A stretch of 64,000 bases of DNA, from IMG/VR virus record IMGVR_UViG_3300050821_006637, positions 25,067-89,066 of that record; one strand, 5' to 3'. The position numbers and the translations under genes are program-made. The notes under the pieces were generated by a model. It did no database searches. It worked only from the letters and a program-made list of their open reading frames with translations, and was not told the DNA's origin. The stretch's first letter is position 1. Each line of letters opens with the position of its first letter. This document shows positions 35,920-45,847 of this stretch, piece by piece. The stretch is from a virus.

Positions 35920-35940
35920 TTTTATTGTTGGGATGGTAAG

Positions 35941-36366
35941 ATGCCTCTTAAAAAAAGAAACCAACACGTATTTCATCGTCGCCTGTATGCAGGTGAATTA
36001 GAGAAGGTCATCCTCCTGAAGCGGCTTGATGACCAGAATGAGGGGAGTGTAACGGCTTATCAACTTTTCCAATGTAGGAGAGGGAATATCACTAAGAGCG
36101 GTGAAGCCATTTACAAGGACACGGGTGCCTTCACTTATCTTCAATGGTTGATACCTTGCACAGAGCTGAGAAGGGTTGGAGTCAACTACCTCAATGTGTT
36201 GGATAGAATAGTAGACCAATTTGGGATGTTCTGGCAATCGGAAAGCCCTGAAACAATCACCCTGGCAATCTTTGACAATTATTATGTTATCCCAGCAAGG
36301 AGGGTTGACCCATATCCAAATGAAATTTTAGTTGGCATCCCTGGCATTGAGCTTCCGTTACCTTAA
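35941..36366 (+). CDS. Putative head-closure/neck protein
   Basis: Synteny after the adaptor; DRIVD..G..W motif. Confidence 0.5.
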   Translation: MPLKKRNQHVFHRRLYAGELEKVILLKRLDDQNEGSVTAYQLFQCRRGNITKSGEAIYKDTGAFTYLQWLIPCTELRRVGVNYLNVLDRIVDQFGMFWQSESPETITLAIFDNYYVIPARRVDPYPNEILVGIPGIELPLP

Positions 36367-37313
36367 TCTGGTAGTGGTCGTTTCTTTTTCTTTCGCATCC
36401 ACGGCTTCAAAGAAGGGGTAGTAAGTGCTTCCAGCATATCCCAACCTGCTACTCGAACTCGATACCATACGTTGTCGTAATTAACCTTGTAGATTTCACA
36501 CCATTCTTTCAAACACTTTGTTTCTCCATTAATAGTATATTGAGCGGCACTCTTCTTTCTATGAGAATCCTTCACTTTTTGGCTTCTTTTGGTTTCGTAT
36601 TCTTGGTATGCTTCCGGGTTCTCTTTCAATTTGTCACGCCATTTGTGTTTACTAGAACCTTCCCCACCAAAAGGAGTTGTTAATGCTCGCTTTAAATCCC
36701 ATTTCATCCATAGCCTCCACTTTACCAAACCAAAATCTAATCCATAGGCTTCACACCATTCTGGTAGCGTTTTAGTTACTCCGTCTATCGTATAAGGTTT
36801 AGATAGAAATCTTTTCTTTCTATTCTCCAACATTGCCTTTCGTTTAATCGGGTCTTGCCAAGCCTTTTTAAGCCCTTCTGATAGAGACTCACTTGCCTTT
36901 CTTCTATTTTCAGGGTTAGAAAAGCGTTTTGCGGCTGCTTCATTTGACTTTTTTAATCTGATTTCCGTCCAAAGGTGGTTTTGATTAGTCCGCACTAAAT
37001 CCAAATCAGAATTGAGAATAAATCCTCTGCCCAACTCTTTTAAGAATTTCTGCTTACAAAGGAATTCTTGAAACTCCACTACATTGGGATGACATCTTCT
37101 ATATATGATAGGAGAGAATGACTCACTATACTCATTCCACATCTTTTGTAGACGTGGGGTTGTGTGCTTGTTCCTTCTCAATTTAGACAGATGCTCATTC
37201 CACCTATCTCGAAATCCTCTCTCAAAGAAGACCCCACCAATATAAACATATCTCTCACCTTCCACCCAAAACTCAAGCAAATATACCCCTGTTTCAAATA
37301 GTCTCATTGCCAT
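36363..37313 (-). CDS. Free-standing GIY-YIG homing endonuclease (opposite orientation)
   Basis: GVYLL...YVYIG...RWNEHLSKLRRNKH; two C-terminal YTI(D/N)G.TK.L.EWCE...ALTTP repeats. Confidence 0.85.
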   Translation of the reverse strand: MAMRLFETGVYLLEFWVEGERYVYIGGVFFERGFRDRWNEHLSKLRRNKHTTPRLQKMWNEYSESFSPIIYRRCHPNVVEFQEFLCKQKFLKELGRGFILNSDLDLVRTNQNHLWTEIRLKKSNEAAAKRFSNPENRRKASESLSEGLKKAWQDPIKRKAMLENRKKRFLSKPYTIDGVTKTLPEWCEAYGLDFGLVKWRLWMKWDLKRALTTPFGGEGSSKHKWRDKLKENPEAYQEYETKRSQKVKDSHRKKSAAQYTINGETKCLKEWCEIYKVNYDNVWYRVRVAGWDMLEALTTPSLKPWMRKKKKRPLPD

Positions 37314-37480
37314 TTTCTCCGTAAGTGTTGTAGTACAATATCAAATAATTATCGCTTGTGCTAAAATCAATCATCTCAGATTTCATGGTGGATAAGAACT
37401 CTCTCTAATCCTTACACTACCAGTGGTGGGTTCCCACATCTATGTGAGAGGGCCTAGACTAAAAGAGTGGATAAAATATT

Positions 37481-39982
37481 ATGTTAATCGGTCCCTTTCA
37501 ACTACTTTCCGGCTCTGTACAGAGTGGCAATACAGGGAATTCTGCCATTCTGTCGGGGAATCTCGGCAGTGGGCAGATAGGAAGTTTCCATCTGGCCAAC
37601 GGAGCCGTATTGAGTGGAGATGTTGGACTCTTAGCTATCTCCAGTGGGAATCTCGGCACCCAAATCATCGGTGTCGTCCACATCCAATCTGGGGGACTAG
37701 GAAGCGGAGCACTCGCTTCCGGTGCTATCACCCCACTCCTCTTTAGTGGACTAATCGTCAATCAATCGGGTTCCATCACGTCGGGACTCCTTGCTACGGC
37801 GAGTACGACAGCAGCAGTGGCGAGTGGAAACATTGCTAGTGGCTCTGTCGGTGCCGTACACTTCGCTAGTGGCATCAATTTCCTCTCTTCAGGGAGTGTG
37901 ATAAGTGGCTACCTGGGTTCAGGCTCCGTCAACAGCGGAGCCATATCAAGTGGCATCATCGCTTGGTTTAACTTGTCCTCTGGAGCCGTTCGTTCAGGCA
38001 ATCTGGCTCAAGGCTCCGTCTACAGCGGAATTTATGCCCCTGCCAGCATCGGTACTATTCATGTTATCAGCGGAGGATTCCTGTCCGGGGCATATGGAAG
38101 CGGACAAGTCGGTCCGTTCATCCTTTCGTCAGGGGCGGTACAATCGGGCAATATCAGCAATAATGCCGTTCTGTCAGGGAACATCCAGGCTGGTCAGATA
38201 TCTACGCAACATATCCAATCAGGTGGCTTTGCGAGTGGAGCGTTAGCGAGTGGAACTTTACTCGCCAATCAATTCGGTTCTGGGATTACTTTCGTCGGCA
38301 GTGGGTCGGTAGGCAGTGGAAGTTTAGCTTTCAATTCGGTGTTATCTGGGAATATTGCCAGTGGGCAGATAGGTTCTTTCCATCTGGCGAATTTCTCTGT
38401 TCAAAGTGGAGACATAGCAAGTGGAGCAGTTACATCGTTTGGGATTGCATCTGGTCAAATTTCTACTCTTCTGGTTGTTAGTGGTGGCTTCGGTTCTTCA
38501 GCGTATGGCAGTGGGTCGGTCGGGCGGTTCACACTGGCACCTCTTTCGGTTTGGTCGGGGGCTCTTGGCTCTGGGTCCGTTACCTCCGGTATTATTGCCA
38601 GCGGTTCACTCGGCTTATCCCAAATTGTTAGCGGGGGTATCGGTAGCGGGTTACTATCTTCCGGAAGCGTCGGAAGTATCTTCCTGGGTGTCGGAGCTGT
38701 TCTATCAGGAAATGTTGGCTCAGGTGCAATTACAAATTTCCAAATCGCTTCAGGAACGATTGGAACGCTTTCCATCGTTAGTGGAGGACTCGGCAGTGGT
38801 TCCATCGCTAGTGGAACACTAACAGCTTTCAACTTCGCCAGTGGAGCCACCTTCCTCTCAGGCTCCATCGGTCCTGCTCAACTCTCCAGTGGTTCCGTCG
38901 GTAGCGGCGTCGTCGCCTCTGGTGCAATCCAAGGAGCCTCCGCCTCTGGTGCTAGAAACATCGCCTCTGGCACGATTGGATTCTTTGACTTAGGAAACGG
39001 AGTAATCTTATCTGGAACGATAGGAAGCGGACAACTAACGAACTTCCACATCCAATCCGGTGGCTTTACGAGTGGTGCCTATGCTCTCTCTTCCATTATT
39101 GGATTGAATCTCGCTAGTGGTTCTGTTGGAAGTGGGAAGTTCGGCTCTGGTGCTATCCAGGCTGTGAATCTAGCCAGCGGCATCATCAATATCAATCAAA
39201 TCTCCTCTGGTGGACTCCAGTCTGGGAGTATTGCCAGTGGAACATTGACTCTGCTCAATATGGTGAGTGGATTCTCCATTCCACTTTCTGGTTCTATCAA
39301 CACGACGATGATAGGGTCTGGGGCTATCAATTCTGGGCAGATAGCTCCAGGTGCCGTATTTGGGACGGCTATTTCTGGTTATCCTGCATTGATATTTGCT
39401 GGCTCCATAGGTCCGAATGAACTGGGAAGCGGAGCTGTTACGAGTGGAGCGATTGCCAGTGGACAGGTAGGTCTCTTCGCTCACGCTTCGGGCGTCACCT
39501 TCTCTGGTGGACTACCTCTGGGAGTCATCACTTCCGGCTTACTTGGTTCTGGCATAGTAGGACAGATTCACATTGGGCAGCCTATCTATCCCTATTTTAC
39601 GATGACAGCAGGGGAAACGATTAGTGGCTTTACCTCCGTGGCGATTTTGAGTGGTGGTGTAGCAGGAAACGCCAATGCGGCGAGTGGATTAAGACTCCCT
39701 GCGGTGGGATTCTGTGCAAGTGGTGCAGTTTTCGGTTCTCTAGTTCAAGTCTATACTGCGGGTCTTTTCACTACTTTGAGTGGTGTCCCTTGGAGTGGAA
39801 ATAATGGAAGGACTCTTTACGTCGGCTCTGGTGGGAGTATAGTCCTTGCCAGTGGTTTGACTTCTGGTCAAGGATGGCAGAGGTTCGGTGTCGCCACGAG
39901 TGGTGGCTTAGTCGTAAATATTGACACTAGCGTTACTTCGGGCGGAATCCAGTCACCAATTGCTGGTGGAGGATTCTTCTAA
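37481..39982 (+). CDS. Ser-Gly pentapeptide-repeat virion fibre with C-terminal cement-like domain
   Basis: About 700 aa of [ILV]-x-S-G-x periodicity, almost uncharged; C-terminus TAGETISG...PAVGF...G..LYVG. Confidence 0.7.
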   Translation: MLIGPFQLLSGSVQSGNTGNSAILSGNLGSGQIGSFHLANGAVLSGDVGLLAISSGNLGTQIIGVVHIQSGGLGSGALASGAITPLLFSGLIVNQSGSITSGLLATASTTAAVASGNIASGSVGAVHFASGINFLSSGSVISGYLGSGSVNSGAISSGIIAWFNLSSGAVRSGNLAQGSVYSGIYAPASIGTIHVISGGFLSGAYGSGQVGPFILSSGAVQSGNISNNAVLSGNIQAGQISTQHIQSGGFASGALASGTLLANQFGSGITFVGSGSVGSGSLAFNSVLSGNIASGQIGSFHLANFSVQSGDIASGAVTSFGIASGQISTLLVVSGGFGSSAYGSGSVGRFTLAPLSVWSGALGSGSVTSGIIASGSLGLSQIVSGGIGSGLLSSGSVGSIFLGVGAVLSGNVGSGAITNFQIASGTIGTLSIVSGGLGSGSIASGTLTAFNFASGATFLSGSIGPAQLSSGSVGSGVVASGAIQGASASGARNIASGTIGFFDLGNGVILSGTIGSGQLTNFHIQSGGFTSGAYALSSIIGLNLASGSVGSGKFGSGAIQAVNLASGIININQISSGGLQSGSIASGTLTLLNMVSGFSIPLSGSINTTMIGSGAINSGQIAPGAVFGTAISGYPALIFAGSIGPNELGSGAVTSGAIASGQVGLFAHASGVTFSGGLPLGVITSGLLGSGIVGQIHIGQPIYPYFTMTAGETISGFTSVAILSGGVAGNANAASGLRLPAVGFCASGAVFGSLVQVYTAGLFTTLSGVPWSGNNGRTLYVGSGGSIVLASGLTSGQGWQRFGVATSGGLVVNIDTSVTSGGIQSPIAGGGFF

Positions 39983-40121
39983 GATAAACGTAAAGTTTGA
40001 TTTCAAGTAAACTAGAAATGGGAGACAGAGGAGTGATTCGTCCTCAATCTTCGGTGTATCTACGTGTGCGATATACGGGTGCTTGAGTAGATACATGAAG
40101 GATTAGATAAGGAGGAAGCCT

Positions 40122-40964
40122 GTGACTCGGCAGTATTTCATTCGCTAAGAGTGCCTTCACACGGCAACGTGTGATGTGAACTTGGCTGTTTGCGGGAAAA
40201 ACCGAGTATCCTAATCTACCAGAACTTGCCACCACGGAGACGGGGTAAAAAAGATTAGGTGCGGTCAATCCGCAGGGAAGACGTGGCTGTCCCCTCAACG
40301 ACTAAACGCCAAGCACCCTTAAACCCGAAGGGTGATGATATAGTCTGGTCTGTATGGCGACATACAGAGATAGGCAGAAATGACCTATCCCCGAAAAGGG
40401 TAACAAGAACGAAACGGCGAAACTATGGTCGCAGTGAAAGGGAATGCCAATTCCCTGATTGCGAATACCACGCAACTGGGACTCTCCCAAGATGCTATTT
40501 CAGTTACTGAATATTGGAATTTGGATGACATCGGTGTCGATGCTTATGGCAATACAGGAAGACCAAATCCACCAGACAGACAGGTTTTCGGTGGCTATGC
40601 TGCCATAGAAATGAATTTAGTCCATTATGATGTAGGCATACTCCAAGAATGTATCCGTCTCTCTTGGGGCGGTGCTCCTGCAGAAGGACAACAAGCACGA
40701 GCAGGAACTCTTTATGGAGGGAATGTTCCCCTCTATAATCCAGGGAATTTCTATATCAGTGTGGGGGTTTCCTCGCCTGTAGGTGGAATACCTTGGACAT
40801 TCTTAGCTTGCACCCTAAGTGAACGTCCTTTCGTGTACCCTCTAGGCACGAAAAGAAGTGTTGTGGTTCTAAGATGGGATGCTATCGCTTATTCTGTTGA
40901 CCCCTGGAATGGTGGAACTGGTTCGCTGGGTGTTCCCGTTTATACACATCAACTTTTGGTCTAA
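40122..40964 (+). CDS. Tail tube-like protein 1, spliced: join(40122..40141,40412..40964), 190 aa
   Basis: AAGGAGG RBS and GTG; spliced N-terminus MTRQYFINGETMVAV aligns with paralogue MGRAYQIFGEAMVLV. Confidence 0.75.
40142..40411 (+). mobile_element. Group I self-splicing intron (270 nt, no homing endonuclease ORF)
   Basis: P tgcgggaaa, Q aatccgcag, R tcaacgactaaacg, S gatatagtctg; U-G 5' splice site (cau/gug), terminal G, in-register P10 (ucgcu/ggcga); splicing restores frame. Confidence 0.9.
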
Positions 40965-41651
40965 ATGGGTCGTGCATATCAAATCTTTGGCGAGGCGATG
41001 GTTTTGGTTCGCTTCGCCTTTGGGGTTCCCTATCCTGATGGGACAGACCCTGAATTCATTGGTCCTAATGTCTGGGAACTAGGACTAACACAGGACCCGA
41101 TTACTGTCACTCCAAACTTCTATTACAAAGATATAAATATTGATAGTTTCGGTCCAAACGTCCCTGCTGATGTCCTCTCTCAGATAGCCGATGTGACGAT
41201 AGAGTTCAACTTAGTACATTATGACCCTGATGCTATTGCTTATTATCAAAGAGAGAGTTTAGCGGGTGGCGGTGCAGGGTTTGAAGACACAGATACACAA
41301 GGAAAGGTTACTTATGCAGGAGAGCCTTTGGGTGGGGGGATTCCCCTCTACGAAGCAGGAAATGCTTTTGTAGGATTGGAATTCTCTAATTTGAGTTTAG
41401 ATAGTTCTCCTGTCACATTCCCAGCTACCTATCTAGTTGACCCGCCTGTAAAATATAAAATCGGTACGAAAAGAACGATTTTCGAGTGTAAAGCACGCGC
41501 CCTCCCCTATGCCCCATTAACCCTCCAATCTGGTTCCTATACTAGTTACTCAAATACATCATCGAATCCAATTATCACAAATTTCAATTACTACACTATT
41601 CCTATTAATGGGAATATTTTGGTAACGAGCACAGACCTAGAAGATCTCTAG
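40965..41651 (+). CDS. Tail tube-like protein 2 (paralogue)
   Basis: LGLTQDPI, DI.ID.FG, IEFNLVHYD, GG.IPLY..GN, GTKR shared with upstream gene. Confidence 0.7.
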   Translation: MGRAYQIFGEAMVLVRFAFGVPYPDGTDPEFIGPNVWELGLTQDPITVTPNFYYKDINIDSFGPNVPADVLSQIADVTIEFNLVHYDPDAIAYYQRESLAGGGAGFEDTDTQGKVTYAGEPLGGGIPLYEAGNAFVGLEFSNLSLDSSPVTFPATYLVDPPVKYKIGTKRTIFECKARALPYAPLTLQSGSYTSYSNTSSNPIITNFNYYTIPINGNILVTSTDLEDL

Positions 41652-41664
41652 AAAGGAGACTCTT

Positions 41665-42294
41665 ATGTTTTCTGCTATACGTTCCGCAGTTCAGTGGCTT
41701 CTGCGTAAAGTTGGCGTTCTTCCCTCTCCTGGTATTGATCTCTATCGCCCCAAAGAGCGAAAGCTCTACGGATATTGGAATGGATATAAAACAATCTGGG
41801 AAGACCCGATGGTTCTTTGGAAGAGGTTTATGGACGTAGGGCCAGAACTTTCCGCTGACATCCGTGCTTCCAATTTCGTTTTGAATAATAATTACAAAGC
41901 TAGTATTGAAGCTAGTGACAATATCATAGATAAGATTCGCTCTATCTTTGATGTGAAGCCATATGACAAGGAGAACCCTTGTCAAAGTGGATTGACGGAA
42001 ATCCAACTCACAGATTTACTTGGTCACTTTATGATGTATTGTGACTACATAAAAAAAAATGGTCAGGAGAATCCTCCTCCTATGCCGACTGGGGAACCTA
42101 CGCCATCTCCTTCCAACTTGCCTACAGAAGGAAACCCAGCTATGAAGCTAGATTCGGTTTCGACCTCAACCGAAGAACTTCCTTCTATAGACAAGCCCAC
42201 GCTGTCGCCTTCGGTATCGGAGTCGCCCTCGGATTCATCGAACCAGGACTTGATTATTTTAGGTCCAACACAGACGGAGAGGGCGAAGCCCTGA
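41665..42294 (+). CDS. Tail assembly chaperone (lambda gpG-like)
   Basis: Between tube and tape measure; YIKKN slippery site followed by low-complexity S/P/T tail. Confidence 0.7.
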   Translation: MFSAIRSAVQWLLRKVGVLPSPGIDLYRPKERKLYGYWNGYKTIWEDPMVLWKRFMDVGPELSADIRASNFVLNNNYKASIEASDNIIDKIRSIFDVKPYDKENPCQSGLTEIQLTDLLGHFMMYCDYIKKNGQENPPPMPTGEPTPSPSNLPTEGNPAMKLDSVSTSTEELPSIDKPTLSPSVSESPSDSSNQDLIILGPTQTERAKP

Positions 42295-42317
42295 TGATGA
42301 AAGGACAATTTACTAAG
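42051..42317 (+). other. Programmed -1 frameshift site and gpT-like frame
   Basis: A9 run at 42051-42059 (A AAA AAA); -1 frame open from 42060 to TAA at 42315-42317 (WSGESSSYADW...EALMMKRTIY*). Confidence 0.75.
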
Positions 42318-42349
42318 ATTTCACGAAGGAAGTAATGGAGAACAAGTAA

Positions 42350-43696
42350 GTGGCTGAAGAAGGGAAGAATCTATTTGGGGACTTGCTGAAGAATTTGCAG
42401 CAGACTCTGCGAGGTAATCTCTTAGAATCTCTGACTAAAGGGATAAAGGGTATGATGCCCAATCTCTTTGGTTCGCAGAAGGATAGTACGAAGAGTGGTG
42501 GTGATGGTTTAGCAGGGATGTTCCAAGCCCTCATGGCAAAGATAGACTCTCTCATCTCCAAGTTAGATGCGTCCTTTGGTATTAAAGACGCCCAAGGAGT
42601 TAATCAACAATTTTCTCCTTCTGGCTCTATGCCATCCATAGGAGGGAAGATAGGTTCTAAAGGTGCTTTTGGAGGATTAGAAGGGGAATATGATAAGCAA
42701 TTAGATTCCTTGCTCAAAGGCGGAGCTAATCTCTTTAATTTTGGGAAGAAGTATGAAGGCGTTGGTGATACGAATGTAAAGAATGACACACTCACTTCTC
42801 TGCTTAACCAATTCACTGGAGGAGGGGGAAAAGCGGGTGGAGCGGCAGCGAAAGGAGCTGGAGCGGCAGAAGGTGCTTTAGGAGGTATAGAGGCTGCGGG
42901 AGCAGCAGCAGCACCAGAAACAATGGGCTTAAGTTTAGCTATCCCTGCTATCATAGAATCCGTGAAGATGGGTTTTGAGCACATTTCGGCTATCGCTGGT
43001 CATATAAAAGATGTCGGAGCATCGGGGTTCAATGCTTTTAAGAGTGAAAGAGCAGAAGATATAGGCGGGAATTTACTTGAAGGAGGGAAGTCTACTGTCA
43101 AAGGGGTCGCTCGTGCTGCTGGTGGTCCTTTTTTGGGAGGATTAGCCGAAACTGGTGCAGAGATGGGTATGGCGATAAATCCTTTCATCCAAATGGCTGA
43201 GGTAGGATTCAAAGCCATAGGATTTCTAAGAGATTTCAGTGACCATCTAACTAAAGCCAACCTCCAATTTGCTCAATTCAGTGGCAGTATGGCGATGGTG
43301 CAGGCTAGTTTTGAAGTCCAAAAAATATTTTTAGATATGGCAAGAGGCGAAAGAAGAGCCGCTAGTGCGATGGGATTGGTCAACGCACAGATGGGCACAG
43401 AAAGGATGTTAGCACCATTAGAGGACCAATGGGCTAATATGAAAGCTGACGTGATGTCCTCTTTCCATGATCTATTCCAGGGTTTATTTAAAGATGTTAT
43501 CCCCTCTTTAATGGATTTTATGAAAAGCACCCAAGAAGTATTGACACATCTAATACCACAGGCAGCGAGGGACCTTATTAGAGAAACACGAAGAGGCAGA
43601 GAATTGGATGAACAATTGGAAGGCATCCGTTTCAGACAAGGGAATGAAAGAACTAGAAGAGAATTCCTCAATAGATTTGGAAGAGGAGAGTTGTAA
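42350..43696 (+). CDS. Tape measure-like protein (short, 448 aa)
   Basis: Ala/Gly-rich helical composition; follows the frameshifted chaperone. Confidence 0.65.
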   Translation: MAEEGKNLFGDLLKNLQQTLRGNLLESLTKGIKGMMPNLFGSQKDSTKSGGDGLAGMFQALMAKIDSLISKLDASFGIKDAQGVNQQFSPSGSMPSIGGKIGSKGAFGGLEGEYDKQLDSLLKGGANLFNFGKKYEGVGDTNVKNDTLTSLLNQFTGGGGKAGGAAAKGAGAAEGALGGIEAAGAAAAPETMGLSLAIPAIIESVKMGFEHISAIAGHIKDVGASGFNAFKSERAEDIGGNLLEGGKSTVKGVARAAGGPFLGGLAETGAEMGMAINPFIQMAEVGFKAIGFLRDFSDHLTKANLQFAQFSGSMAMVQASFEVQKIFLDMARGERRAASAMGLVNAQMGTERMLAPLEDQWANMKADVMSSFHDLFQGLFKDVIPSLMDFMKSTQEVLTHLIPQAARDLIRETRRGRELDEQLEGIRFRQGNERTRREFLNRFGRGEL

Positions 43697-45048
43697 TGTC
43701 TGTTGTGATCTATGCAGGAATTCAGCTTCCCTATTCCAATTCTACTCAGTTTGCACAAAGGGCTATCTACGAAGAGAGTAACACAGACAGAATCCTAACT
43801 GAATTTGATATTTCTGTACAATGTCTTATTTCTAGCACGTATGCTGCTTTATTGAATCCTAGATTAGGAAACGTCACTGGCAATCCTGCTGACTTCATGG
43901 CTTGGATAAGACAGAAATTGCTAACTACGAAGCAGAGGCTTCAATTCTTGGTGAATGGAGTAGACTTAATTCCAAATGTGCAGACTGGGAATCCAGGAAT
44001 TGTAGATGCTTATAATGGTCCTTTGCCACAACATTGTGAACTAACCCAATTGACGGATACTCTTTTTGTAATGAATTATCGTATCCTCGCCAAATACTGG
44101 GAGAATAATAATGGAGACCTTCCTTCTGTACCTGTGACAGGAACGAATAATCCTGGTGGTTATATTCTTTATAATAGATGGACGGAATCCATCCGTATCG
44201 ACCAAAATAATTATACTGTGAGGACAAGGAGTGGAAAGTTTGCTATCCGCTCAGATAATGTAGGTGGTTTCATAGCGGACCAGCTACGATCTCAGATGGC
44301 GGTTGTAGGTACACCAGAGAATTTCATTAGAACGAGGAATGAATACAAGGTAGACCCCAGCGGACTTATTCTAGCCTATGTGCAGGAGGACACTGAAGTC
44401 TATAAAATGCCTCCCTTCCCTGCTTTCACCGCGGATGGGTCGATAACTCTGTCTGCTACGAATATCGGAGCACAATGGTTTGCTGATGTCCACGTTCATT
44501 TGGTCGGAAGTGCGATAACAAATCAAATCAGTTTGATTCGTGCTGGTTTCTTCATTTGTACCGATAAGGTAGCTCGTGTTTGTGCCAATCAACCAGGGAA
44601 CCCCAGTTTCATTCCTCTTAGTGCTTCTGTTACAGAGGATTTGTGGAAGAATGAAGTCACATTGGATATGCGATTTAGGATTCCAAAGACTAGTCTTCGA
44701 ATACTTGCAGTGGCTGGGCAACAAGGAGCTCCAAATCCAAATGATATCAACTCGTACTTTTTGGCTTCTTTCGTAGGATTAGATAATTTCACACCGATTT
44801 CTGACCCAGTCCCTCCTCTTATTAATCCTAGACCTAATTATTTGGTTTATGGCACAGCGGGACTTTTACTACGAGCAGCTTCCTATTATGACCCGAGCAT
44901 AGTTGGGGTGCTATTATCTAGTCCTAACGTAGCCATAGAGAATGGAGTTGTCCCAACACAGCCAGGAGCACTCTCTGCCCAACTCGCTACTACCAATCAA
45001 GGTGTTACCACTGAATTACCGGAAGTTGGCACCTTGGGGGCAAGTTAG
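43696..45048 (+). CDS. Tail tip/distal tail protein
   Basis: TAATG coupling after tape measure; beta-rich composition. Confidence 0.55.
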   Translation: MSVVIYAGIQLPYSNSTQFAQRAIYEESNTDRILTEFDISVQCLISSTYAALLNPRLGNVTGNPADFMAWIRQKLLTTKQRLQFLVNGVDLIPNVQTGNPGIVDAYNGPLPQHCELTQLTDTLFVMNYRILAKYWENNNGDLPSVPVTGTNNPGGYILYNRWTESIRIDQNNYTVRTRSGKFAIRSDNVGGFIADQLRSQMAVVGTPENFIRTRNEYKVDPSGLILAYVQEDTEVYKMPPFPAFTADGSITLSATNIGAQWFADVHVHLVGSAITNQISLIRAGFFICTDKVARVCANQPGNPSFIPLSASVTEDLWKNEVTLDMRFRIPKTSLRILAVAGQQGAPNPNDINSYFLASFVGLDNFTPISDPVPPLINPRPNYLVYGTAGLLLRAASYYDPSIVGVLLSSPNVAIENGVVPTQPGALSAQLATTNQGVTTELPEVGTLGAS

Positions 45049-45056
45049 GAGCTAAA

Positions 45057-45644
45057 ATGCCACAAGAAGGCCAATTAATCCCGAATCCTGTTTTACCTAC
45101 CTTTACTATTGAAGTTTTAACAGCAGATGATAGTTCGGGTCTCTTCTTCACTCCAATAAAGGGAGTTTGGACAGAATATTATATCAAAAATTCTTATTTT
45201 ACAGATGGGCATCGTTATCAGATGGGGGTAGCTTCGCCTGGTGGTTTTCTAGGTGCCAGTGTGGCTTTTGTGCAGACTACTGCGCCGACTCTTTTATGGC
45301 AGTGTGACTGGATTGCGGCTATGGAGAATCAAAGTCCTGTCATCCCAAGTCCTACTCTATTGAATGACCCTGGTTGGGTATTTTTAGACCAAGATATAGA
45401 GCCGGAACAAATGGAGTTAGGTGTGGATGGTGGCACATATATTTATTCCGTTCGCGGAACTTACTGGTTTGGGCACACGAATCCTAGTGCTGCGCAGTTA
45501 GTGTATTCTATTGCTCCGTGGTTTAATGATGCGGGAGGAGTGGCTCTGCGTATCATCTCCAATTTGCAGACGCAAGGTTACTTAATAGATGCTCCGCAGA
45601 CCATCCCCAATATTCTTCCTCCCAGTGCAGGAGCTTTGAATTAG
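45057..45644 (+). CDS. Putative tail protein
   Basis: AGGAG RBS; synteny. Confidence 0.5.
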   Translation: MPQEGQLIPNPVLPTFTIEVLTADDSSGLFFTPIKGVWTEYYIKNSYFTDGHRYQMGVASPGGFLGASVAFVQTTAPTLLWQCDWIAAMENQSPVIPSPTLLNDPGWVFLDQDIEPEQMELGVDGGTYIYSVRGTYWFGHTNPSAAQLVYSIAPWFNDAGGVALRIISNLQTQGYLIDAPQTIPNILPPSAGALN

Positions 45645-45847
45645 AAGTTGATTTTACCAAACTTTCGTCCTATGTCATTCTCCTCCGCCCATTGAGTCCA
45701 ATTCCGTTTCGCTCTTTCCTTCTCCTCTCGTAAGGGTTGCGTAGCACCTTGGAGAAGAGTGAGTATGAGATAGGTGCAAGCTGAATTGAGAGCAAAACTA
45801 TGAAAGTGTCCTTCTAATTTTGTCTGCTCACCAAAGATACTTTTCAT
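45641..45847 (-). CDS. Hypothetical protein
   Basis: AGGAG RBS on minus strand; fills the intergenic gap. Confidence 0.4.
   Translation of the reverse strand: MKSIFGEQTKLEGHFHSFALNSACTYLILTLLQGATQPLREEKERAKRNWTQWAEENDIGRKFGKINF

Noticed and set aside
37481-39982. CRISPR array or DNA tandem repeat in the repetitive region
   Set aside because: Repetition is at protein level with varied codons; no identical repeats with spacers seen anywhere in the window.
40259-40510. 83-aa ORF and the 40425 start for the tube gene
   Set aside because: The ORF runs through the intron core; the spliced model with RBS and GTG at 40122 fits the paralogue better.
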